Source: Octopus sinensis
Lineage: Eukaryota
Length of the DNA stretch: 64,000 bases
Direction of reading: 5' to 3'
Assembly (NCBI RefSeq): GCF_006345805.1
Contig: NC_043000.1
Coordinates: forward strand, 76,012,001 to 76,076,000
Shown here one piece after another: positions 52,541-64,000 of the stretch. The notes under the pieces are model-generated. The model had not been told where the DNA came from. It did not search any database and worked only from the letters and a program-made list of their open reading frames with translations. The translations under genes and the position numbers were made by a program. Position 1 is the stretch's first letter, and every line of letters starts with the position of its first letter.

Positions 52541-53766
52541 TTGAGTTGGCAACTAAGTTCCCGCCGTTTTTTTTAAATTTTGGAATCTATAATTTTCGAG
52601 AATTCTATTTTTGATCATTTTGGAATTTATTTTCTTTTTCTTTTTCTAGTTAATTTTAGTTGATTTTCGTTTATTTTCAGATCATTAAAATGAAATGGCA
52701 AGTTAAGAAAAACGAGCATTTTCGACACCTCCTTCCTTTTGCTTTTAATCAAGGTTCTAAGGCCGCAAAAGCTGCTCGCGATATTTGTGCTGTGTATGGA
52801 GAGGGAGCCATAGCTGAAGGAACCACTCCTGATTGGTATGCCAAGTTAAAAATGGAAATTTTGACCTCAAAGACGCACCTCGTTCTGGCCTTACAGTTGA
52901 GTTCGATGAAGAGCAATCAAACCAACTTTTGCACAAAAATTCTCGTCAAACGATAAGTGAACTGGCAGAGAAATGGAATGCTTCCACACTGCTATAGAGA
53001 AGCATCTTCACTCGATGAGGAAGATTCAGAAGTATGGAGCATGGGTTCCGCATGCTTTTAGTAGCAACAACCAAAATCAACGAGCCACAATCTCCGCTGG
53101 TTTCCTTGCTCGTCACTGCAACGATTTATTTACTGAATCGTTACTGGCGACGAAAAATGGTGCCTGTTCATCAATATGAAGTCTCGGTAAACAAGCGACA
53201 CCGCGCGTAAAACAAGATCTTCATCCGCGTAAAACGATGTTGTGCATATGGTGGGACTGGGAAGGGATTATCCATAATGAATTGCTTGAACGGAACCAAA
53301 CGGTCAACGCGGAACTCTATGTTCAACAGATGGAACGGCTCAACACGGCAATTCAAGAGAAAAGACCTAATCGGCAGCATGGAGTTCTTCTGCTGCACGA
53401 CAACGCCCGCCCTCATATCGCCAAGGAAGCCATTCAAACGCATGGCTGGGAAATGCTGCCACACCCGCCGTACTCTCCTGATTTGGCATGAACGGATTTC
53501 CATCTCTCTCGATCTCTTTCAAATGCTATGCACGCAGTTTCGTTCAATACTGATGCAGAATTGAGAACTTGGTTGGATCAATTTTTCGAGTCGAAATCGG
53601 GTGATTTCTACCAGCGAGGTATTGAAAATACCTGTCTGTCCTTGAACGTTAGGAAGAAGTTGTAAACAACAAGGGTGAATGCATTATTGATTAATTAGTT
53701 GTTATTTTTTATTAAACCTTTTAAAAAATTTAAATTTAAAAAAACGGCGAGAACTTAGTTGCCAAC

Positions 53767-53770
<4 letters not shown>
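52541..53770 (+). mobile_element. Mariner element, same family, copy 2, in intron 1 of the Cys-rich gene
   Basis: Both TIRs present (ttgagttggcaactaagttcccgccgtttt / aaaacggcgagaacttagttgccaacctaa) with TA flanks. Motifs WVPH, VTGDEKW, HDNARPH, YSPDLA. Frameshifts and small deletions. Confidence 0.92.
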
Positions 53771-53846
<76 letters not shown>

Positions 53847-54201
53847 TTAGCTTCGGTCTACCAAATCTGCTCACAAATCTTTTGTTGGCCCGCGACTATA
53901 GTAGAAGACAACCACCCAAGGTGCCACGCGGTGTGACTAAGCCCAGAACCATGCGCCCCCCACCCACACACACACATCAAATATTATGTATGTTCACATA
54001 CACTCAAACATACTCATACGCATAGGTGCATACATACGTACGTATATTTTGATGCTAAGTATCAGATATAACACCATTAAGTAGTATTTTCTTTAATTAG
54101 AACATGCTGGTAGGATTAGACTGTGATGATCAATCGTTGATAAATTAAACAGAACTAGTGGAAAAATAAGTAGACATTGTATAACAATATAATTTACTCA
54201 C

Positions 54202-54259
54202 GGTTATAGCTGTTCACATATGAAATACCTACTATTACTAGTAGCAATTGGTACAGCAT
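54202..54259 (-). CDS. Exon 1 (signal peptide) of the same Cys-rich gene: MLYQLLLVIVGISYVNSYN
   Basis: GCCACCATG Kozak context and a hydrophobic core with likely V-N-S|Y cleavage. The donor AAC C|GTGAGT is phase 1, matching the phase-1 acceptor at 47525, and the join reads ...YN-H-ECTYNGKR. Confidence 0.85.
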
Positions 54260-54322
54260 GGTGGCCAGTTTCTTGCAGCCTCTTGGAGATTGGTAAGAAT
54301 TGTCTTCCGAAGCAAGGACGGG

Positions 54323-54355
54323 TTTGACAAACGTCTGAAACGAACGATTTATATA
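54323..54355 (-). promoter_or_regulatory. Core promoter: TATA box plus initiator
   Basis: TATATAAA at 54355-54348 on the minus strand. A TCA(+1)AA initiator-like site has its A at 54325, 30 nt downstream, leaving a ~66-nt 5'UTR before the Kozak ATG at 54259. Confidence 0.7.
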
Positions 54356-54887
54356 GTCCCCAATAAACGTGATCAACTGCATACATTGAGGAAATTCATT
54401 AGTTAAATAAATTTCGTATTCAGAAAGAACAAAAATAAATTATTCATAAATCGATAATTTTTTTTTTTGTCTTAAAGGTATATTCCTAAAAATAAACTGT
54501 TCACAAATGAGTTGTGGGTTTTTATCTGTTATAAAAACAATAGTATCAGAGCTGTTTCACAAGACTCTTTAATAATTTAATTAATTCACATCACGTGTCA
54601 GTTAATGTGTTTATAAATAGCAATGCTATTAGTAACTTATTCATTGATACTGAGAATACAAATGACTTCAATCAGGTTTTTATTTAAACGCTGAGAATAT
54701 ATTCTTTTCTAAAGTCTCCTGGTCATTAAATGTTCACACTTAATGATATGAAAATAATTTAGCTTAGGTTCACGTGTTTTACCAGGTTTTCTCGTATGAC
54801 GAAAGTTTTTTTGTCTTTCTTTTTATTGCTTTGTTCACATGACACATTTACACATTTACTAAAATCTATTGCATACTGTCTTTACTA

Positions 54888-55830
54888 CAGAACCGTGCAC
54901 AAAAGTCTTCAGCCACTTTAAACTATCGTAAATTTCTACTAATTGCCAACTTATAAGCGGATGTTTCGCATTGCGTTTTTTACAGATGAAATATTGGCCC
55001 TGTTGAAGTCATTTCCATACCTAATCATTATATTCTTTAGTAGGGGTTCTGAAAGAGACGACCGCCAAAAATAGCCGCGCAAAAGTTTTCGGCCACGTCA
55101 CATAAACCAATCAAGATATAGTATTTTAAAACAGAAAATGTGTATAATGAAAATTTATTACATAATGTTCATTTCAAGAAGTTACTGTACATAGTTAAAA
55201 TTTCATGTGGATTCCCTTAGCTTGAATAATTGCTTCGATATACCTGGGAAGATATGCGTACAAACAAATCCTTTACCATCTTCACATGTATGAGATGCCA
55301 TTCTCTGTGACTGAACTCCCACAACTCTTCAAGATTGTGTGGATTCTTCTGACGAACTCTTCTCTTTATTCTGTCCACATTTGCCCGATGATATTTAAGT
55401 CAGGGCTCTGAGCTGGCCAATTTTTCGATACGGTAACATCTTCATCAGCCAACCTCTGTTGTGTTGCACGCGATCTGTGGCATGCAGCTCCGTCATGCTG
55501 AAAAATCTCACCTTCATCTAAGTCTGGTATCAAATTGTTCTTCAGCAACTGGATGTATTTGGCACTATTCAAGTTACCGCCAGTTTTAACCAGCTTTCTT
55601 GAACCATCACTTTTTATGTATCCCCAAAGCATTAAACTCTTACTCTCAAACTTCACTGTTATCGTAGTGTAGCGTGGGTCGTTTCGCTTTCTAATAAGCG
55701 AGAATTTGTGAGAAGGCTTCATAACAGCATTTTTCTCGAGGTAAAACAATAGTCACAAAAAGTAATATTTAACATATGGCTTTGCCACTTAACTTTTCTA
55801 ACCTCTTGTATACGGTAGAGTTGAAGTGAG
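54888..55830 (-). mobile_element. Tc1-like element, 3' half, ending ~530 bp upstream of the TATA box
   Basis: LMLWG...IFQHDGAACH...WPAQSPDLNII. TIR cagaaccgtgcacaaaagtcttcagccac after TA at 54886-54887, with an inner repeat gcaaaagttttcggccac at ~55079. Confidence 0.85.
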
Positions 55831-56039
55831 AAAACAAACCCCACCTCCAAAGAATATCGATTGTTCTCTGCAATATATCTATTCTTCTCACTAGTACCGT
55901 ATAATTAGAAATATGTAGTAGATCTTGCAAGCATGAAGAGGATTCGATCCACCATAGCCAAATTTAAATTAACACTACAACAGAACTTTTCCCACGGTGG
56001 AATAATGTTTCTTCTCTGACAGCAGTTTTACATTTTCCA

Positions 56040-57100
56040 GATGCCTTTAGCTAGGCCGAAATAATGTCTTCACCACTTGACCCTTTCTAACCTCTTCTAC
56101 TTCACCAAAAGCTAGAATAGAGATAACAAGGCCACCAACTAAATCTATTGTTCTCAATGATATATCTATCCTTCTGGACAGTTATAAAAGCAAGACCACC
56201 CCAAGCAAAAATCAGTTGGTGATGACTCAACGAGTCCAGTCACTTTGGTGACAATGAAATCTGGCTGACCAGCTAGAACCTTGGTCAGAGGAAGAAATGA
56301 AGTTCACTGTCAGCAACTGTGAGACAACACCCTACAACTCTCACTAGCTCTAATTCTGTTCCCTTACAACATCATTCTATCTCTCTCCGCAATTACTACA
56401 AAACAATGAAGAGAACACAAACACAAACTTTACTTCGCATGGTTTTGGATTTATTATAACCTGCCCGTTGAGGCAAGGTATTGTAACGTAACGGTAAATA
56501 AATATTTCCATAAAATTTCATGCATTTTTTCATCTTTCACATCCTACAACATGCCGTTATAACAAATTTTTATCGTCACAACTGCTGACTCTGACATTTC
56601 ATATTATTGTATACCTAATCAATCTTACCCGTTACAATTGATAACTGCACTAATTAAAACCTAACCGTTACAAAAACAAGAACTCCGTAAACCAAAGTCA
56701 GTCAGTGAGAACTGACTTGGCTGACCGGCTGAACGAAAAGGCACAAATGGACAACTATGGTAACTCACCAATGAAGCAGTTGTTTCTCTCTTTTTCACAA
56801 GCTCATTTCTCTTCTCTACAACATTACCATATCTCTATCTGTGGTTCACTACTACACAACGACGAGAACACAAACAAACAAACGCATGCTTTTCCAGTCG
56901 TGGTTGACTATAACAATATGTAACGGTAATAAATATTTGTTTATAACTTCGATCACTGTTTTTCTTTAGTCTTGCACATCTACAACATCAACATCCGTTG
57001 CAACTGGTAATTGCCGACCACTAGCAATTATCATAATACTTACCGTTACATCTGGTGACCACTGACTCCACCTAACATGCCGTTAACAGCAAATATGACT
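56040..57100 (+). repeat. Dispersed unclassified repeat, copy 2, with a diverged second unit at ~56700-57100
   Basis: Matches 3481-4150. Both units carry tgtaacgg...ccgttaca inverted motifs. Confidence 0.8.
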
Positions 57101-57129
57101 TCATTATCACTGTGATACTGGTTCCCAGC

Positions 57130-57860
57130 TAATGTTTTTTTTTCATGTTAGGGAACAGATGATAGATGGGGGCAAATCAGGAGAAATTGGAGGCTGAACA
57201 ACCAATTCAAAGCTTCAGTCATGTACAGCAACCATTAAAACCCAGGACTTGTGTGCTGGAACATTGTCCTAATGAAGAAAGACCCCTTCCGTCAATTTTC
57301 CTGTGCGTTTGTTCTTGCAAGTTGAGAATGTACTCTGCATTGATAGTGTGGCTCATTTGAAGATAGTCGACGCACACAATGCCTTCTGCATCCCCCAAAA
57401 CTGAGGCCATCACCTTCCCTGAAGATGAAACAACATTGGTCGTCTTTGGAGTAGGTTAAGAGGAGTGCTTCCACTGCAGGGATTGTCTCTGGCTCAAAGT
57501 CAAGAACCTAACACCCATCCTGGTTAAGGGAACGCTCAAGGAAACCAGTTGGATCTGCCTCAAACAATGTTAGATTTTCCCGTGATGTGATCAGCTTGGC
57601 GCGCTTTTGATCAGGTGTCAGAAGACGTAAGCACCCACCGAGCAGAAACCTTTGTCATGCTAAATAAGTTGTACAGAATATTCTCAACTCTCTCACGGGG
57701 TATACTAATAGCATTGGTTATTTGATTAATAGACAACCACCTGTCATCCATCAGTATATGCGAAACAAGGTGAATGTTTTCCTTGGTGGGGGCAGTTGCA
57801 GGATGTCCAGACCTTGGGTTATCTTCAAAACTCTCCTTTCCCCTCCTAAAGTCACCTATG
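57130..57860 (-). mobile_element. Mariner fragment
   Basis: KVMASVLGDAEGIVCVDYL...TINAEY, a KVSARW-like segment, and a PRSGHP motif. Confidence 0.75.
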
Positions 57861-57949
57861 GTAACATTATCAAAAAATACACCAGAAAAATACTGTAGAA
57901 GTATAGCGTAAATTTTTCAAAATAAACTAGAACAAATAAAAATGCAGGT

Positions 57950-58185
57950 ACCTATTTCTTTACTACACACAAGGGGCTAAACACAGAGAAGACAAACAAG
58001 AACAGACAAACGGATTAAGTCGATTATATCGACTCCAGTGCGTAACTGGTACTTATTTAATCGACCCCGAAAGGATGAAAGGCAAAGTCGACCTCGGCGG
58101 AATTTGAACTCAGAACGTAGCGGCAGACGAAATACGGCTACGCATTTCGCCCGACGTGCTAACGTTTCTACCAGCTCGCCGCCTT
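57950..58185 (-). mobile_element. Family-B SINE
   Basis: Reverse complement of 4755-4980. Confidence 0.85.
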
Positions 58186-58214
58186 ACAAACAAAAATGCA
58201 GGTACCATCACCAT

Positions 58215-58761
58215 TTTTGATTTAGAAAGGACCAATCTCGTTCAGGGCGACCGTCGACCTCCCGAACGAACGAAAACATCATGAAAATTCATGAACTGAT
58301 CTTGGAGGACTGGCACTGAACAATTGACGAACTTGTTGATATGACTGGTATGTCCTGGAGTTCCTGCCAACGAATTTGAACGAAAAATTGCGAATGAAAA
58401 GATCTGCAGCAAAGTTTGTGCCTCGTCTGCTCACAGAAGATCAAAAGCAATCACGACTGGATACGTCTCGTGAACTGAATGAAGAGTTGGGAGTTGATCT
58501 GGATCTTTTTCGAATGTTATTACTGCTGATGAAAGCGGGTGATACGGACTTTGCAGATGTGGAAGAGATGAAAACGGAGGCATCAAAAGGCGTTACTTCG
58601 CAAGAGTTTTAGCACTGCTTCGAACCGTGAAAAACGCGTCTGGACCGATCGATGATCTGCTTCAAATGGAGAATACTTTGAAGGCGATAAAATTGTAAAC
58701 ATGTAAAACTAAGTGAATAATATATTGTAAGATTGCAGTTTCTTTTGGGTACACCCTCGTA
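58215..58761 (+). mobile_element. Internally deleted mariner
   Basis: LRMKRSAAKFVPRLLTEDQKQSR and a 3' TIR ...tttcttttgggtacaccctcgta. Confidence 0.8.
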
Positions 58762-60760
58762 TAACGCATAAAGTGTGTTTTTTAAATCAAATACAGTGAC
58801 GTAGCTAATAGAGGTGAGACCGCAACCCGCCCCAAGCACATTTTTCTAAATTCGCACCTTTTCAACAATTCTTTTTAACTCTTTAGTTCACTTGTGCGAT
58901 AAAAGTCGAATCTCTTTTTCTTTCTTTCTTTCTTTCTTTCTTTCTTTCCTTGGAAGAACTTTCCGGAGTCATTACTTTATTTGACCAACCTCCCGTGATA
59001 TCTTTTCTGCTTGGCTGCCACTTTTCAGTTTATTCAATTGTTTTTCCAACTGATTTATTTTTTTGGTGTATTGGTGTAGTTTTGTAAGGTAATCATTGAT
59101 ATAGAATTCACTTTCGCCATAAATGAATAAATAAAGAGTTAATAGCTTTTAAAGTTTGCAAATTTTGGGTAATTTTAACCAATCGAAAGCCACAGATATT
59201 TAGGTGCCTGTTTCCATAGTACCAAGCCAAGCTGTTACCAAGCTGCTTACTCACGCAATCATTTTTTAGCTTATTAAATGGTGGTCATGAAAAATGCTAA
59301 AAGAAATGGTTAAATAGGCCTTAAATCACGCACTAATGTTATTTTTCTTGCATAATCATATGAATTCCCTCAAAAGTTTTCTGCAAATTCCAAGAAATAA
59401 AAGTTATGAGGGGTTCTATGGCGTGCGTAAAGCAGAATTCCGCCAGCATTCCATGTGTTTACAGTTCACAACACGAGCTGTCACGCACAAAATGGCAGCT
59501 TCCAAATGCTGTTTCCTGACTGGGTAAAAATGATCAGACTTTGAGCCTCTATTCTTTCTTTAAAAAATTTTCTGCAAAACGTTAAATATCCCCCGAGATT
59601 CAGCGTGAAAAACTACATCAATACACCAAATTTTAACATGTTTTCTAAACTTTGAAATTTCCACAGGTGCAGCCAAACAAAAGATCCTTCCCCGTGTTTT
59701 TAAACCGTCTGCTCAATTTCCTGTGGTGTATTGGTGGCCGCTGACATCTGAAAAATCAAAACAAACCCTGACATCATTATCTCTCGACGCTGGACGACCC
59801 CGTCGAGTTTAATCTTTTTCAAATCACCTATATCAGTAGTTTGTTACTGAAACATGAAATTAATGATTCTAGAATACAATTACAAACAACTGATGAAATA
59901 TTTCGCGCAATATAAAAAATGAGTTAAACCTTCTTTGGTTCGAGTCGCAGCACTTTTTACGTGCTCACTCCCCCTAACTTACACTACTGATCAAGTGCAT
60001 ACCAGATGTAGAACAGATGAACCCATAATCAAAAATATCATACAAGAAAACGCAAAAGGCGTCACACCAAACCGTAAACAGACATTAACAATAAATTACA
60101 AAATCTCTAAAACAGAAAACATAATTATAAACAGGCTATGTAAACCCCCAAAACAAGCTACAAATGATCCACGTGATTCATAAATTTGACTGTAAAAGTA
60201 AAAATTTCAAACTTCGTGGTATTGTGACAAACAAAACACTCTCTCACTGGCTTGCCATAATTTTACGACAGTAAACGATTGGAACACAAGACATTACGCA
60301 CCATAAACAAAATTAGATAGAAAAAAAAACATTAAATACATAAACTAAATTAATAGAAAACATTAATAGTAAATACAAACAGGATTAACACGTTACTAAA
60401 TTGTGGGCCTGAAAACTCGCAACGCTAACGGTTGGATTCTTAATTAAACCTGCAGTAATAAAAGTAACCACTGGGAAAAAGACACAATAGAAACCAACAG
60501 CACTGCCTATCCTGATAATGAGAATAAGAAACTCCGGAAACATCGATGATAAGGAAGTTACGAACATCATTCTTCGTAACAAACTACAAGTTTCTCATGT
60601 GAATAAATGAATGAATGAATGAATGAATAAATAAATAAAAAGATTAAACTGGAATAAAGTTGTGCTTTCAATATGAATAGATATGCGTACATAGGCACAC
60701 ACATGCACACATACATACATGCATATCTATCTATTCATATGTATGTATATACTATATATA

Positions 60761-60843
<83 letters not shown>

Positions 60844-60844
60844 C

Positions 60845-61075
60845 TATTTCTTTATTACACACATGGGGCTAAACACAGAGCGGACAAACAAGGACAGACA
60901 TAAGTATTAAGTCGATTACATCGACCCCAGTGCGTAACTGGTACTTAATTTATCGACCCCGAAAGGATGAAAGGCAAAGTCGACCTCGGCGGAATTTGAA
61001 CTCAGAACGTAACGCAGACGAAATACCGCTAAGCATTTCGCCCGGCGTGCTAACGTTTCTGCCAGCTCGCCGCCT
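60845..61075 (-). mobile_element. Family-B SINE
   Basis: Reverse complement of 4755-4980. Confidence 0.85.
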
Positions 61076-61498
61076 TTATATATATATATATACCGTTTCC
61101 CCACACACCATCATTCTCACATCCATACACCATCATCCACATACCCACACATTACAGACGCACACACACGCACCGATCCACACGTCAAAGTCACAAGCCC
61201 CTATCCACACACACATTCTTACATGCACATACACGCGCGCATACCTTCGTTTTGGGATCACCAATACTTTATTATCTCCCCTTCTTTCTACCTGTCAAAT
61301 CTTTTTTCCCCAACCAGTCGCCATATGCTTGATCGCTAAATCCACAAGTTTTTTATTCTCTGTTTATTTTCCTCTTATTCCTTTCTATTGAAGAGCGTAG
61401 GCTCGAAACGTAAAGCACTTTCTCACTTTCCTGGGCGTCAACACCAGCTTGTTGTTCATACACCTGTCTTCGTCTTTTGTTTTTCAGCTGTGTGTGTG

Positions 61499-61561
<63 letters not shown>

Positions 61562-62176
61562 TTATCAATTCGTTTTGCAAGATTCCTAATGTGAAATCCC
61601 ATGTTGAAACAGATATTGTTGTATTTCGAGATTGATTGATTGATTCTAGTTTCAGCTCACAAGCTGTGGCATGCTGGGGCCACACGCCCTATATATTTTT
61701 TTTCACTCGTTTATTACTGCTCTTATTTTATTATTTTAACTCATGTCCATTGTCCAGAAAATGTTTGTCACACATCTTCAGCGACACTTTTCGTTCTTGC
61801 TCCACTTACTCTGTTCTCAACATCTAAGATGTGTATCCTTATGTGCGCATGCGTTTGTGTCCTTGTGTGTGTGTCTGTGTGTGTGTGTGTGTGTGTGTGC
61901 TTGAGTGTGTGTGTGCGTGTGTGTGAGTGTGTGTGTGTGTGCACAAGCAAGGAAACAAACGCATGCGCACATAGAGATACACATCTTAGAAGAACAGAAT
62001 GAAGTGGCGCAAGAACACGCACGAAACCGAAAAGTGTCGCTTAAGAGGTCACAGATGTGTGACGAAATGAACATGAACATGATTTAAAATAATAAAAGAA
62101 GAACAGTAATAAACGAGTGTAGAAAATAATATATAGTGCGTGTGTTTATTTGGCAAAAAATATACCATCCCGAAAT

Positions 62177-62207
<31 letters not shown>

Positions 62208-62565
62208 CAAATTGAGATAGGGGTTGTAAATGCAACCCTCCATGGGATAACATATATCCAATATACTGCTAGTGAAGTACCCAACAAAGTTAATACATAA
62301 ATGTTAAGGATTGCGATGCAATCAATTCATTTACTGTATAATATGGGCAAAGGTAAAATGATTTACCACAAATTACTAATACAAGATAAAAAAAATGGAG
62401 AAATACATCTAAATCAAATATCAATTACCAGATAATACTCAATCACATACTTTCTCGAAAAAAATTTTATCAATGGCCAGCATATTAAAAAATACCTTTA
62501 ACGGTTAAATTTATCAACAATTCATAAATGAGGGCAAAGGAAAAATTTTCTAATGCCAAATATGC

Positions 62566-62614
<49 letters not shown>

Positions 62615-62682
62615 TGTTTTCTTCCTCCGTCCTTCTTTAATTCTTTTTTCTCCCCCGCCCTCCTTCGCCGTTTTCTATCTAC

Positions 62683-62728
<46 letters not shown>

Positions 62729-63209
62729 TTGATCACACATGACCATCGTCCATCTTTCTTTTCCTCACGTGACCATCTTTCTTTTTCTGCACTGACGTTC
62801 AAAAGAGCAGACGTATTTTTTTATCGCTTTCTTCTATCTTTTCTCTTTTTAAAAAAATATGTTTCTCCCAGTGTTCGCTATTTTCTCTAGTTCTGGTCAA
62901 ATGACCCTCCATGTTCGTTTTCATTCGGTTTCCTTGTATATCTCCACTGTCATGTTTTTGTTCCCAACTTTGACCCTCCATAAATCATAAATTCTATTTT
63001 AGAATTTATGTGAGCAACTGTCTTTGAAGACTCACATTATCGTTGATTGCTCGAAATGAAGAGTAGACAGACAACTGTTGAAGGGTCCTTTCTCTGAGCT
63101 CACGTGTTTGCGCATTTCATGTTATTTGCACCGTGGGTGACGTCCTGTACCCATATATGCATATATGCATATATATATATATATATACATACATATATAT
63201 ATATATTAC

Positions 63210-63595
63210 TCTTTTTTTTTTACTCTTTTACTTGTTTCAGTCATTTGACTGCGGTCATGCTGGAGCAAATCGAACCCGGGACTTATTCTTTGTAAGCCCA
63301 GTACTTATTCTATCGGTCTCTTTTGCCGAAACGCTAAGTGACGGGGACGTAAACACACCAGCATCGGTTGTCAAGCAATGCTAGGGGGACAAACACAGAC
63401 ACACAAACATACATATATATATATATACATATATACGACAGGCTTCTTTCAGTTTCCGTCTACCAAATCCACTCACAAGGCATTGGTCGGCCCGGGGCTA
63501 TAGTAGAAGACACTTGCCCGAGATTCCACGCAGTGGGACTGAACCCGGAACCATGTGGTTGGTTAGCAAGCTACTTACTACACAGCCGCTCCTGA
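63210..63595 (-). mobile_element. Family-A SINE, full length
   Basis: Matches the 37845-38222 copy. Confidence 0.88.
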
Positions 63596-63927
63596 TATAT
63601 TACAAATAAGAAAATGGAAAAGCACATTAGTTGGTTCATCAGCTTTAGGATAATAAAATGTTGACTTATTTATTTATTTATCAAAACGACAACGATAATA
63701 ATATACATATATATATATTATATAATTCAATGCATATAATATAAGAATACAAGTAGTTATTAAAAAACATGAATATAAATTATTAAAATCACTTACAGCT
63801 GTTTCAGCCTTTGGAAAAATGTAACTCATTGTGCCTATGTAAGTCAAGTGTATTGGGGTGGTAGGCAATTGAAAATGAGGTACAATCAAAAGTATAAATA
63901 TATACATGAAACAAGATACACGCACAA

Positions 63928-63987
<60 letters not shown>

Positions 63988-64000
63988 GTATATATATATA

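Noticed and set aside
59690-60600. Minus-strand acceptor-like sites and short ORFs as further upstream exons
   Set aside because: Early stops or no recognisable product, and the gene already has a complete TATA/Inr/Kozak start at 54.3 kb.

Overview
AT-rich, microsatellite-dense animal genomic DNA. The SINE and repeat content looks like octopus or another coleoid cephalopod; this is inferred from recognised repeat motifs, not verified. I can support one protein-coding gene, on the minus strand. It has a TATA box (54348-54355), an initiator (~54325), a Kozak ATG and a signal-peptide exon (54259-54202). A 6.7-kb phase-1 intron follows, then a single 2156-bp exon (47524-45369) encoding 19 tandem six-cysteine modules of half-VWC/pacifastin-like type, including a recent 444-bp four-module duplication. 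The rest is mostly decayed and often nested mobile DNA: Tx1/L1, RTE, CR1-like, R4/Dong-like and Penelope-like retroelements, a Gypsy LTR+gag fragment, hAT elements, several Tc1/mariner elements, MITEs, a Helitron-like element and three tRNA-derived SINE families. The best leads are (1) the 19-module secreted Cys-rich protein, (2) an ORF1-only retroelement inserted in a SINE tRNA head with a TSD, (3) old repeat tracts with a RIP-like CpA/TpG-to-TpA skew, (4) minimal hammerhead-like motifs with variant cores, and (5) microsatellite-associated LINE insertions. No rRNA, true tRNA gene or CRISPR array was seen. All counts and alignments were done by hand.
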